Origin: a bacterium
Lineage (GTDB): Bacteria; UBA8248
DNA length: 64,000 nucleotides
Assembly (NCBI GenBank): GCA_965203325.1
Contig: OZ241875.1
Coordinates: 3,776,001 to 3,840,000 of the forward strand
Reading direction: 5' to 3'
Of this stretch, positions 29,025-38,075 are shown piece by piece. The first letter of the stretch is position 1. Every line of letters starts with the position of its first letter. Position numbers and translations under genes: made by a program. The notes below the pieces were generated by a model. That model was not told where the DNA came from, did not search any database, and was given only the letters and a program-made list of their open reading frames with translations.

Positions 29025-30095
29025 ATGGAATTTTCGTTGTTTTACATCCTGTATCGTCCCGAAGACATGACCGAGACCCAGGTCCATGAGGATATGATCA
29101 CGGAGAGCATACTGGCGGACGAGTTGGGCTACTCTTGCGTATGGTACGCCGAGCATCACTTCTCCCGCGTCGGGATGATCCCCGACCCCCTCCTCATCTG
29201 CGCCGCAGTCGCGCAGAAGACGAAAAAAATTCACCTGGGCACGGCCATTTCCATCATGTCGTTCCACGACCCCACCCGGCTGGCGGAGCAGGCCGCCATG
29301 GTCGATCTCTTAAGCGGCGGCAGGCTCGAACTGGGCATCGGGCGCGGCTCCCAGCCCAAGGAATTCCAGGGGTTCGGCGCCAAGCCGTCGGAAAGCCGCG
29401 AGCGCCTGAAAGAGGGGCTGCATATCCTCTCCCGCCTCCTGGAAGGACAGAAGGTGACGTATCAGGGCCGGCATCATCAGTGCGCGGACGTGGAAATCTT
29501 CCCCAAGCCCCTGCAAAAGCCCAGGCCCCCCATCTGGCTGGCGGGCACCAGCCCCGAAACCTACACTTACGCGGGCGAGAACGGCTTCAAGGTAATGGCG
29601 TCTGCGGGCTTCACGGGTCCGGAAGTCTACAAGCAGAAGTTCGGGCTGTATGAGGACGCCATCAGAAAATCGGGCGGCGACCCCGCCGGAATCGAGAGGC
29701 CTCTGGTTCACCATATCCACGTGTGCGACGCGGTGGATGCGGAGGAATACTTCAACCTCACGGTGGAGGGCGAGGGCGAGTACCTGCGCTACCGGGCGAA
29801 GATGAACGAGGTGGAAATGCCCGAGGAGGAGGCGAAGCACTTGAAGCGCAACTGGAGCTATGAGCTGGACGTCGCCGAGATCGTCAGGGGCGGCGGCATC
29901 ATCGCCGATCCGGAGGCCGTGGCGGAAGACATTTGCAGGCTGCGCGATGAGTACGGGGTCAATCATGTCATCCTCGCGCCCTGGCGCGGGCCGGACCACG
30001 CTTCGGTGATGCGCTCGATTGAGAGCTTCGCCAACGACGTCATGCCGCTGGTGAACGCGACCGCGCCCGTCGGCTCGAATGGAAGTCAGACTTGA
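29025..30095 (+). CDS. LLM-class flavin-dependent oxidoreductase (luciferase-like), paralog A
   Basis: WYAEHHF, AEQAAMVDLLSGGRLELGIGRG, PKPLQKPRPPIW. Confidence 0.92.
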   Translation: MEFSLFYILYRPEDMTETQVHEDMITESILADELGYSCVWYAEHHFSRVGMIPDPLLICAAVAQKTKKIHLGTAISIMSFHDPTRLAEQAAMVDLLSGGRLELGIGRGSQPKEFQGFGAKPSESRERLKEGLHILSRLLEGQKVTYQGRHHQCADVEIFPKPLQKPRPPIWLAGTSPETYTYAGENGFKVMASAGFTGPEVYKQKFGLYEDAIRKSGGDPAGIERPLVHHIHVCDAVDAEEYFNLTVEGEGEYLRYRAKMNEVEMPEEEAKHLKRNWSYELDVAEIVRGGGIIADPEAVAEDICRLRDEYGVNHVILAPWRGPDHASVMRSIESFANDVMPLVNATAPVGSNGSQT

Positions 30096-30149
30096 AATCT
30101 TGATAGTTTCTTTATTGTCTCAAAATTCAGGAGGCGCTTTGTCGTGGGA

Positions 30150-31124
30150 ATGAGCTTTAGTCTTCATTTGGTGCCGGATGACATCCGGGTGGTGGCGGAG
30201 CGCTCGAAATACGCCGAGGACAACGGTTTCGAGCAGGTGTGGATAGCGGAGAGCCACCTCACCTGCCGGGATCACAACATCGCGCTCGCTCTGGCGATAG
30301 AGAACACCTCGCACGTGAAAATCGGCCCCGGCGTGACGAATCCGGTTCTCCATGACGACAGCGTTGCGGCGAGCGCCATCGCCACGCTCGACGAGCTTTC
30401 GGGCGGCCGCGTGATCTTCGGCATCGGCTCGGGCGATACGCCCGTCTACACGCTGGGCAAGAAGATGGCCAGGCTCGCCCGGATGCGCGAGTCCATCGCG
30501 GCGGTTCGCGCGTTCACGCGCGGCGAGACGGTGGAATACGCAGAAGGCGTGAACGTGAACATGTGGTGCGCGCGCGATATACCCATCTACACCTCCGCCG
30601 AAGGCCCCAGGACGCTCGCCATGTCGGCCGAAGTCGCGGAAGGCGTCATCGTGGGTTCGGGCGTCTACAAGGAGACGGTGGACTGGGTGATGAAGTATTT
30701 GAACGAGGGGATGGCGAACCGCGACCCCTCCCTCGGCGAGATGGACATTATTTTCGGCGCGGTCGTCTCGGTGGATACAGACAGCACGCGCGCGCGGGAG
30801 AAAGTGCGGGCGCGGGTGGCGAACCGCGCGCACCATAACTTCCGCATGACGCTCGACTCGGTCCCCGAGCCGTACAGGCCCGAAATCAAACACCTCCTGG
30901 ACAACTTCGACGTGAGCAACTGGCGCGACCCCAAGCACGTGCCCCTCATCACCGACTACATCCTGGACCGCTTCACCATCACGGGAACGCCCGAGGAGTG
31001 CGTCGACCGCATCCAGGAGATCGAGTCCTACGGGGTCAAGAGCATCATGATCGACCCCCCGAACCAGGATTTCGACGAATCTCTCAGAATGTTCACCGAA
31101 GAGGTTTTGCCCAGGTGCGTATGA
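30150..31124 (+). CDS. LLM-class oxidoreductase, Mer-like (possibly F420-dependent)
   Basis: GPGVTNP, ATLDELSGGRVIFGIGSGD, AEGPRTL. Confidence 0.85.
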   Translation: MSFSLHLVPDDIRVVAERSKYAEDNGFEQVWIAESHLTCRDHNIALALAIENTSHVKIGPGVTNPVLHDDSVAASAIATLDELSGGRVIFGIGSGDTPVYTLGKKMARLARMRESIAAVRAFTRGETVEYAEGVNVNMWCARDIPIYTSAEGPRTLAMSAEVAEGVIVGSGVYKETVDWVMKYLNEGMANRDPSLGEMDIIFGAVVSVDTDSTRAREKVRARVANRAHHNFRMTLDSVPEPYRPEIKHLLDNFDVSNWRDPKHVPLITDYILDRFTITGTPEECVDRIQEIESYGVKSIMIDPPNQDFDESLRMFTEEVLPRCV

Positions 31125-31172
31125 CCGCATCCGGGGCGCAATCGACCGTCTTTTTCATATGAGGAACCCAAC

Positions 31173-31571
31173 ATGGCGCTGATACCCGAATCTCATGCCG
31201 GCATTCTCGACACCAAGGCCCTCCTGTATCTGGGCACACAGAACAAGGACGACTCACCGCAGGTCTCACCCGTGTGGTTCGGGACCAACGGCGACATCAT
31301 CGAGGTCAATTCGGCCAAGGGGCGTCTCAAGGACTTGAACATGCGCGCAAGGCCCAAGGTGTCCATCGCCATCGTCGACCCCGAAAACGCCTACAGGTGG
31401 GTGGGGATCCAGGGCACGGTGGTGGAGATCACCGAGAACGGGGCGGATGCGCACATCGACGCCCTGGCGAACAAGTATCTGGGCGTGGACAGCTATCCGA
31501 ACCGCCGGGAGGGCGAGGTGCGCGTGATCTACCGCATCCGGGCGGACAAGGTATTCACGATGGGCGCGTAG
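31173..31571 (+). CDS. PPOX-class (split beta-barrel) probable F420-dependent oxidoreductase
   Basis: PQVSPVWF, GRLKDLNMRARPKV, HIDALANKYLG. Confidence 0.85.
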   Translation: MALIPESHAGILDTKALLYLGTQNKDDSPQVSPVWFGTNGDIIEVNSAKGRLKDLNMRARPKVSIAIVDPENAYRWVGIQGTVVEITENGADAHIDALANKYLGVDSYPNRREGEVRVIYRIRADKVFTMGA

Positions 31572-31621
31572 TAAGCCGCCCGGCGCACACGATTTTCATG
31601 AACGGGATGGAGACCTGAAAG

Positions 31622-32677
31622 ATGAAATTCTCGCTTTTCTATATCCCTGCCTGCCAGGAGGGAGAATCCTACAAGCACGAGTTCGATCAGCTGATCGAAC
31701 AATGCGAAGTGGCCGACGGACTCGGCTACGACACCGTGTTCCTGGCCGAGCACCACTTCTCCCGCGTGGGCATGTGCCCCGACGCCCTGATGGTCGCACT
31801 CGCCATCGCGCAAAGAACCAGGAAGATCAGGATCGGCACCGCCATCTGCATCATGCCCTTCCACAATCCGGTGCGTCTGGCCGAACAGGCCGCCCTTGTC
31901 GACGTGCTGAGCGGCGGCCGTTTGGAGTTGGGCGTCGGTCGCGGCTCCCAGCCCAAGGAGTTCCAGGGCTTCAACGTCTCCCCATCCGAGAGCAGGGAGA
32001 AGATGCAGGAGGGCCTCGAAGTGATGACCCGCCTGCTGGAGGGGGAATGCCTCACCTATCACGGGAAGCACTACAGCTGCGTCGACGCGGAGATTTTCCC
32101 CAAACCCATCCAGAAGCCGCGCCCCCCTATCTGGCTGGCCGGCACGAGCCCTGAAACCTACGTCTTCGCAGGCCAGAGGGGATACAACATCATGGCGTCG
32201 GGAACCTTCAAGGGGCCGGACGTGTATCTCGAGAAAATGGCGCTCTTCCAGGAAACCGTGCGGGGCCGGGGCGGCGACCCGAACGATTATCCCTCCCTCA
32301 TGGCGCATCACGTCCACGTGTGCGACGACCCTGAACATGCCTGGAGGCAAATCGAACCCTCCGAATCCTGGTACCTCTCCTACCGAAGTGCCGTGAATTC
32401 CATCGAAATGCCGCTGGAGGAGAAAGAGGCCCTCAAGCGCAACTGGAGCTACGACGTCGACATCCGCCAGGTCATCGAGGGCGGCGGCGTCATCGGCCCG
32501 CCCGATAAGGTGATCGCCGATCTCAAGCGGCTCCAGGCGGAGTTTCAGGTGAATCACATCATGATCTTCGTGCTGCGCGGCATCGCCCAGGACGAGGCGA
32601 TTGAATCCATAGAGCGGTTCGCGAAAGAGGTGATGCCCGCGTTCGCAGAAGAGCGCGCGGCGAGTTCGAGCGATTAA
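31622..32677 (+). CDS. LLM-class flavin-dependent oxidoreductase, paralog B
   Basis: FLAEHHF, GGRLELGVGRG, PKPIQKPRPPIW; close paralog of 29025-30095. Confidence 0.92.
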   Translation: MKFSLFYIPACQEGESYKHEFDQLIEQCEVADGLGYDTVFLAEHHFSRVGMCPDALMVALAIAQRTRKIRIGTAICIMPFHNPVRLAEQAALVDVLSGGRLELGVGRGSQPKEFQGFNVSPSESREKMQEGLEVMTRLLEGECLTYHGKHYSCVDAEIFPKPIQKPRPPIWLAGTSPETYVFAGQRGYNIMASGTFKGPDVYLEKMALFQETVRGRGGDPNDYPSLMAHHVHVCDDPEHAWRQIEPSESWYLSYRSAVNSIEMPLEEKEALKRNWSYDVDIRQVIEGGGVIGPPDKVIADLKRLQAEFQVNHIMIFVLRGIAQDEAIESIERFAKEVMPAFAEERAASSSD

Positions 32678-32701
32678 CATCGGTATCGAGGAGAGAGGAG
32701 A

Positions 32702-33301
32702 ATGTGGATATCCCCATTAAGGCTGAATGACGCCGAAGAACCCGCGCGCGGCATACTCGAAGGCATCCGGGAGAAACGAGGCGCGGTGCCCAAGCTGCTG
32801 CTCACGATGGCGCGCAGGCCCCAGGTTCTGAACGGACGCCAGACGATGAACATGGCCGTCCACGGCGGCAATTCGACGCTGGGCCAGAGGCGCGAGGAGC
32901 TGATCTCCTACTACGTCGCCACCATCGGCGGGTGCTATGGCTGAACGATGAACCATGGCCAAGCTTTCCGTGCTGAAAGCGGCGACGACGTAACGCTGGC
33001 CGACGTGGCCACCGTGGTGACGGACAGGGACAATTCTCCGGCCCTCGACGATGCGGACAAGGTGATGCTCGCCTTCGCCGAAAAACTCACGTTCGACCAC
33101 TACGCCATGAGCGAAGCGGACCTGGACTCGCTGCGCGAGGCGGGCTTCTCGGATGAGAACGTGCTGGACATCATCGGCTCGGTGTCGTACCGGAACATGA
33201 GTAACCGGCTGAACATCGCGCTCGGTCTGGACGCCATAGAACCCGAAGGCCCCGATGAGTTGATGGAGGTGGTGCGCTTCTCCCGAACCGCGCGGGCTTG
33301 A
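32702..33301 (+). CDS. AhpD/CMD peroxidase-related protein, predicted selenoprotein (CYGU; TGA at 32942-32944)
   Basis: ORFs 32702-32944 and 32948-33301 share a frame; joined read is RREELISYYVATIGGCYG-U-TMNHG...MLAFAEKLT...LREAGFSDENVLDI...NMSNR; SECIS-like hairpin follows. Confidence 0.82.
32958..32983 (+). promoter_or_regulatory. putative bacterial SECIS element
   Basis: GCC-aa-GCTTTC-cgtgct-GAAAGC-GGC hairpin; loop begins 24 nt after TGA with G at loop position 2. Confidence 0.6.
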
Positions 33302-33420
33302 CGACATACATCCGTTCGCCGGCCTTTTGACGCCTGGCCGGTGATTATCAGGCGATTGCTTGCCATCGTTCATTTGCGGTCCACCCAGGCCGCGAAACAA
33401 CGCAGAAAGGAACCGTTTCT

Positions 33421-34191
33421 ATGTCAGACCTCACCATCCGTCCGCTGAACTGCGGCACCATCCATACGGATTACTCCAACATGGTGTATTGGACGAATTT
33501 CGGGACGAAACTCGAGATTCCCTCGTTCATCTACATGATCGAGGGGGCGAAGGATCACGACGGCAATGACGTGAAGGTCGTGGTCGACACCAGTTTTCTG
33601 GACCCCGAGCGCGGCGGCGCCCCCTGGCCCGCGAGCCGGGAGCCCGGCCAGGGCGTGCGCGAACAGTTGGAAGGCGCCGGCTGGAAGCCCGAGGATGTGG
33701 ACATCCTCATCCTTTCGCACCTCCACTGGGACCATTCGCAGAACTGCGATCTCTTCACCAACGCGGTCAAGTACGTCTGGGCGGAGGAGCTCCAATACTC
33801 CATGTGTCCGGTTGCGCTGCAGGCGAAGCCCTACGACGCGCCGGTCCACCCCAACACCCGCTGGCCGGTGATCGCCCAGCAGGGCATCATCTTCGAGCCC
33901 ATCTGGAAGGACAATACCGAGATCGTGCCGGGCGTCACCTATTTCCACACGCCGGGCCATACGCCGGGGCACTGCTCGGTCGCCGTGGAGACGCGCGTGG
34001 GCACCTACGTCATCGCCGCCGACGTCATCCAGATAAACGAAGGCCTCGAGCGCCGCGTTCCCGCCGGCCAGATGTCGAGCATGCGCGACGCGATGGATTC
34101 CATCCACAAGTGCATCGAGCGCGCCACGAAGGAGGAATATATCCTGCCCGGGCACGAGATTACCGTGCTCGAGAAGGAAGTGTATCCATAA
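33421..34191 (+). CDS. metallo-beta-lactamase fold hydrolase, AHL-lactonase-like
   Basis: SHLHWDHS, TPGHTPGH, AADV, LPGHE. Confidence 0.9.
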   Translation: MSDLTIRPLNCGTIHTDYSNMVYWTNFGTKLEIPSFIYMIEGAKDHDGNDVKVVVDTSFLDPERGGAPWPASREPGQGVREQLEGAGWKPEDVDILILSHLHWDHSQNCDLFTNAVKYVWAEELQYSMCPVALQAKPYDAPVHPNTRWPVIAQQGIIFEPIWKDNTEIVPGVTYFHTPGHTPGHCSVAVETRVGTYVIAADVIQINEGLERRVPAGQMSSMRDAMDSIHKCIERATKEEYILPGHEITVLEKEVYP

Positions 34192-34245
34192 AAGCGGAAA
34201 ACCAGGGCGCAGCAGTTGCGCGCCTTCGTTCAGGGAGGATTCACG

Positions 34246-34623
34246 ATGGCGATGAGCGAGCGGGGCAGGGCCTTGTACGAGGAGATGAAGGCGGCGCGGG
34301 GATTCATTTATCCGGCGTACGAACTCCTGTGCGAGGTGGACCCGGAGCTTCTCGAGAACTACGAGAACTTGAAGAACCACATCATGAAGAAACAGGGCCC
34401 CTTTCACGAGAAATACAAGGAGCTCTTCATCGCCGTGGCGAGCGCCTCGCGCGACCCCTCCGATACCGAGGGCATCAAGAACCACCTGAAGAAAGCGCTG
34501 CAGCTCGGCGCGACCGTCGAGGAGGCGACCGAGGCGCTCGAATGCATGTTGCCCCCCTGCGGGATGACGGCGCTCGTGGCCGGCTGCACGCAGCTCAAGG
34601 AGGTGATCGACGAGGGGTATTAA
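34246..34623 (+). CDS. carboxymuconolactone decarboxylase (CMD) family protein
   Basis: KYKELFIAVA, NHLKKALQLGATVEE; GGAGG RBS. Confidence 0.82.
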   Translation: MAMSERGRALYEEMKAARGFIYPAYELLCEVDPELLENYENLKNHIMKKQGPFHEKYKELFIAVASASRDPSDTEGIKNHLKKALQLGATVEEATEALECMLPPCGMTALVAGCTQLKEVIDEGY

Positions 34624-34644
34624 CTCAAAACCTATAGTGAACCG

Positions 34645-34681
34645 ACCGGGGGAGCGCGAAAACTCCCCCGGTTTTTTGTTT
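34645..34681 (+). terminator. intrinsic terminator ending the LLM operon
   Basis: ACCGGGGGAG-cgcgaaaa-CTCCCCCGGT followed by T-run. Confidence 0.85.
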
Positions 34682-34711
34682 GCGGAGATATGAGGGATAC
34701 CACGCGAACCT

Positions 34712-34739
34712 GTAGGGACAGGTCGCGACCTGTCCCTAC
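34712..34739. repeat. GTAG REP palindrome
   Basis: GTAGGGACAGGTCGCGACCTGTCCCTAC perfect palindrome. Confidence 0.8.
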
Positions 34740-34771
34740 GCACTACCCGGTTAAAATTGCTGAGCGCCCTT

Positions 34772-35017
34772 GAAAATCACTCCCCCCTTGAGGGTCTGGC
34801 TTCCCGAGGGGAAAGCCAGACGGTGAGGTGAGGGGGTATTTGCCCGAAACCGAACCGGTGGGGGGTTAAAACCGACCGAGGAGGGAGGTTTTGCGTGCCA
34901 TTGATTTCCTCCTCCGTAAGCAATCGCTCCTTCATCAGTCGCGATTGACCCCCCACCGAATCGGCCTTCGCCAAGGCTCGGCCTCTTCGACTCCCCCTCA
35001 AGGGGGGAGTGATTTTC
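34772..35017. repeat. family-A modular palindromic element
   Basis: Terminal IR GAAAATCACTCCCCCCTTGAGGG / CCCTCAAGGGGGGAGTGATTTTC; inner IR CGGTGGGGGG/CCCCCCACCG. Confidence 0.85.
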
Positions 35018-35138
35018 CTCTCTCCTTGGATTGTAATGACTCTTTCTTAAGGGGGGCGTGGATAATCTGCCCTTCGTTTTCGAATGGAAATGAATTATCA
35101 CGGTGTCATTTATTTCGGGAGTTGCGCATTTATCATAA

Positions 35139-35161
35139 AAGATGTATATAATATACATGTA
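35139..35161 (+). promoter_or_regulatory. NsrR-type operator
   Basis: AAGATGTATAT-A-ATATACATGTA, 11-1-11 imperfect palindrome resembling the proteobacterial NsrR box, directly before the RBS of the Rrf2 gene. Confidence 0.75.
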
Positions 35162-35176
35162 TAGGAGGCGTATCCC

Positions 35177-35617
35177 ATGCGGCTGACCGTTCAGACAGAC
35201 TATGCCCTCAGGATGCTGATGCACCTGGCCTGCCACGCCGGTGCTTTGGTCACGATCCACGAGATCGCGGAGCGATACGGGATCTCGAAAAACCATTTGA
35301 TGAAGGTCGCACATGCGTTGGGCCGCGCAGGGCATATTGAGGCGATTCGCGGGCGCAACGGCGGCCTCCGGCTCGCCAGGCCGGCGGCGAAGATTCCCGT
35401 CGGGACGGTGGCGAGGCACACCGAACAAAACAGCCCCCTCGTCGAGTGTTTTCCGGGCGGAAGCGGGGGGTGCCTGGTGATGCCGCACTGCAGGCTGAAG
35501 AGCGTTCTGGCCGAAGCGCAGGAAGCCTTTTTCACCGTTCTCGATCGCTATACCATCCACGATCTGGTGAAACGCAATCCGGCGCTTCTCGAATTGCTTG
35601 CAGGAGACAGCGCATGA
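35177..35617 (+). CDS. nsrR: Rrf2 family regulator, NsrR-like
   Basis: MRLTVQTDYALR, ISKNHLMKV, RGRNGG, three Cys (ECF...C...C). Confidence 0.85.
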   Translation: MRLTVQTDYALRMLMHLACHAGALVTIHEIAERYGISKNHLMKVAHALGRAGHIEAIRGRNGGLRLARPAAKIPVGTVARHTEQNSPLVECFPGGSGGCLVMPHCRLKSVLAEAQEAFFTVLDRYTIHDLVKRNPALLELLAGDSA

Positions 35618-36063
35618 ACACCACACATCTCAACATCGTGGGAGAACGCCGGGCAGAAGTCCAGGCGAAAGCCGCCGCGATGGGGGTCGACGAGGCTTAC
35701 GTCTCTGAGCTCGTGAATGCTTTCTACAGCCGCATCCGTGAAGATCGGCTACTCGGGCCGATATTCGATGAAGCCATTCGCGATAGATGGGGGCATCACC
35801 TCGAGAAGATGAAGGATTTCTGGGCGACGGTGGCCTTGAACGCCGGGCGTTATTCGGGGGAACCGATTCAGGCCCACAAGAAACTCGTGGAGGTCCAGTC
35901 GTGGCATTTCGACGTCTGGCTGGAAATGTTCGAAGAAACCTTGAGAGACACGGCGCCGACGCCGGAGGCGGCCGCCTATTTCATGGAGTACGCCGTGCAA
36001 ATCGCCAAAGGGCTGCGAATCGCCATGTACGGCGCGGGCGGTTCCGGGCACCCGGTGGCGTGA
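35614..36063 (+). CDS. group III truncated haemoglobin
   Basis: LVNAFYSRIRED.LLGPIF, WGHHLEKMKDFW, YSGEPIQAH, HFDVWL. Confidence 0.9.
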   Translation: MNTTHLNIVGERRAEVQAKAAAMGVDEAYVSELVNAFYSRIREDRLLGPIFDEAIRDRWGHHLEKMKDFWATVALNAGRYSGEPIQAHKKLVEVQSWHFDVWLEMFEETLRDTAPTPEAAAYFMEYAVQIAKGLRIAMYGAGGSGHPVA

Positions 36064-36148
36064 GCAATGATGCGGCATTCATCCTCGCGCCCATGTTCCG
36101 TGCCGCCGGCATTGGCGCATCACGCAACTCCGAATGGGAGGATTCGAT

Positions 36149-36430
36149 ATGATTGAGAGTGTACCGGCAGGACTCGTCAAATTCTACGAAAGCAAAGTCT
36201 TCACCGAGAAGACGGTCCCCAAAAAACTCAAGACCCTGCACGATACGAAGCCCGGCATCTGGGCCAGAATCGTGGTGCTCGAAGGCTGCCTCGACTATGT
36301 CATTCCGGATTCGCCCGAGCGGAGTCGCCGCCTGGAAAGCGGCGATTACGGCGTCATCCGTCCCACCGAACCCCACCGCGTGGAACTCCTCGAAAAAGTG
36401 CGGTTCAAGCTGGAATTTCTAGGCGCGTAG
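36149..36430 (+). CDS. DUF1971 (YeaR/TehB N-terminal cupin-like) protein
   Basis: FTEKTVP...HDTKPGIWARIVVLEG...PTEPHRV. Confidence 0.82.
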   Translation: MIESVPAGLVKFYESKVFTEKTVPKKLKTLHDTKPGIWARIVVLEGCLDYVIPDSPERSRRLESGDYGVIRPTEPHRVELLEKVRFKLEFLGA

Positions 36431-36477
36431 ACGCGTACCGGTATTCGCGCGGACTCCCGGTTTCCTCGGGCCTCTCT

Positions 36478-37686
36478 CTAACCCCCGCCGCAGTGCGCCC
36501 GGGCGGCGGTGGCGAACATGCCGGCGGCGTCGACGAGGTTCTGCGCCGGTACGCGCTCGTTCGGCAGATGGGCTTCGGAGATGAACTCGCCGGGGCCGAA
36601 GAAGACGCCCGGAATCCCGTTCTCGATGAAGAGCCTGAGTGCGCCCGGAGACTCGATGCCGGGCAGGTATTCGTTGGGCGTCCCCCGCACGGCGGGCACG
36701 ACTTGCTCCATGAGCTGCACGACGGGCTCGTCTTCTGCGATTTCGGTCACCTCGCGCGCGCCGCTCGGCATAATCTCCAACGATGCGTCGAGTTCGGGGT
36801 CGTCCGCCGCGAGTTCTGCGAGGATGCCCTCTAAAGTCTCCTTGACGCCGGCGGAGGTCTGCCCCGGCAGCATGCGCACGTCGAAGGTGGCGCTGCATCT
36901 GCCGCCCACGACGTTCACGGCGGAGCCTCCGTTGATGGTGGAAAAGGCGAGGGTGCCCGGTCCCAGGAAAGGATGCGGCGGAGGTGCGATGCGCTCGGCC
37001 CGGAAGGCGCCGATGATCTTCGCCATCTTCTCGATGGCGTTGACGCCCTTCTCGGGCACGCTCACGTGGACGGAGCGGCCGCGCACTTTTACTTCAAAGA
37101 ACACCCGCCCCTTGAAGGAGCGGATGATGTTGTTGCCCGTCGATTCGGTGTAGAGCACCATGTCGCCGCCCAGTTCCCTGAAAACGCCGTGGTTCACGAG
37201 CGACTGCGCGCCGTAGAAATCGCCCTTCTCGCCGTCTGAGAGCAGCACCCAGGTAAGGGTGCCGTTCAGCGAGATATTCTCGTCCTTGAGCGCTTTCAAC
37301 GCGCCGATGGTGGACGCCAGCGCGCCCTTCATGTCGGCGGCGCCGCGTCCCCAGATTTCGCCGTCTTTCAACTCACCGCTGAAGGGGGGGACCTCCCAGG
37401 CGTCCACCTCTTCGGGGTGAACGGGCACGGTGTCCATGTGGCCGCCGATGACGAAATGCTCGCCCGGGCCGCCGTCGCCCGTCTGGATGATGAAGTTGGG
37501 CATCCCGGCCTCGTATTCGTGTGTGGTGATGTTATCGATGCCGATGGCTTTCAGTTCCGTGAGGATGCGCTCGGCCATCCCGGAGCAGTCACCGGGCGGG
37601 TTCTCAGCCGGTATGCGGATCAACTCCTGCGCGAGGCTGACGACGTAGTCCCCGTCCACGGGAACCGGTGCGATGGCGCTGTTCAT
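36478..37686 (-). CDS. M20 (ArgE/DapE) family metallohydrolase
   Basis: GHMDTVP, GRGAADMKG, GVNAI, GPG...AHLPNE. Confidence 0.9.
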   Translation of the reverse strand: MNSAIAPVPVDGDYVVSLAQELIRIPAENPPGDCSGMAERILTELKAIGIDNITTHEYEAGMPNFIIQTGDGGPGEHFVIGGHMDTVPVHPEEVDAWEVPPFSGELKDGEIWGRGAADMKGALASTIGALKALKDENISLNGTLTWVLLSDGEKGDFYGAQSLVNHGVFRELGGDMVLYTESTGNNIIRSFKGRVFFEVKVRGRSVHVSVPEKGVNAIEKMAKIIGAFRAERIAPPPHPFLGPGTLAFSTINGGSAVNVVGGRCSATFDVRMLPGQTSAGVKETLEGILAELAADDPELDASLEIMPSGAREVTEIAEDEPVVQLMEQVVPAVRGTPNEYLPGIESPGALRLFIENGIPGVFFGPGEFISEAHLPNERVPAQNLVDAAGMFATAARAHCGGG

Positions 37687-37854
37687 GAAAACTCCTTTGA
37701 AATGTGCGTAAAAGACCTGAGTTGACGATTTCTTCCTTATGGTCAATTCATAAAAAATCCGCCGGTTGAATTCATAATTTCTCCCACTAAAACTACTCCC
37801 TCATGCTTGGGTATTTCTCACTCCTGAGAGAATTTCAAATCCACGCTCCCTCAA

Positions 37855-38075
37855 GGGGTTGTTGAAAAAGCCTGATTTCGTGATTCGGTTCGACGGATGT
37901 GAAATTGTAGGGGTCGCATATATGCGACCCTGCCTTTTCGCCTGCCGACAATGGGCCGCATATATGCGGCCCCTACACGACCAATCACACCCCCTCGCAT
38001 CAAGCCGGCTTCCCCTCAACCGCTGCGTGAGACTGCATACCGTTCGTTCACAGGACCGGGTTATTCAACAGTCTC
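37855..38075. mobile_element. MITE with about 12-bp TIRs and 5-bp target duplication, carrying a GTAG REP pair
   Basis: GGGGTTGTTGAA...TTCAACAGTCTC flanked by CTCAA/CTCAA; REP pair at 37907-37976. Confidence 0.7.

Noticed and set aside
29025..32677. True bioluminescence lux operon
   Set aside because: No luxC, luxD or luxE; LLM proteins are a widespread oxidoreductase family
32702..33301. Two separate small genes or a nonsense pseudogene
   Set aside because: The TGA falls at the CxxC second-Cys position and has a SECIS-like hairpin; Sec readthrough is the simpler explanation
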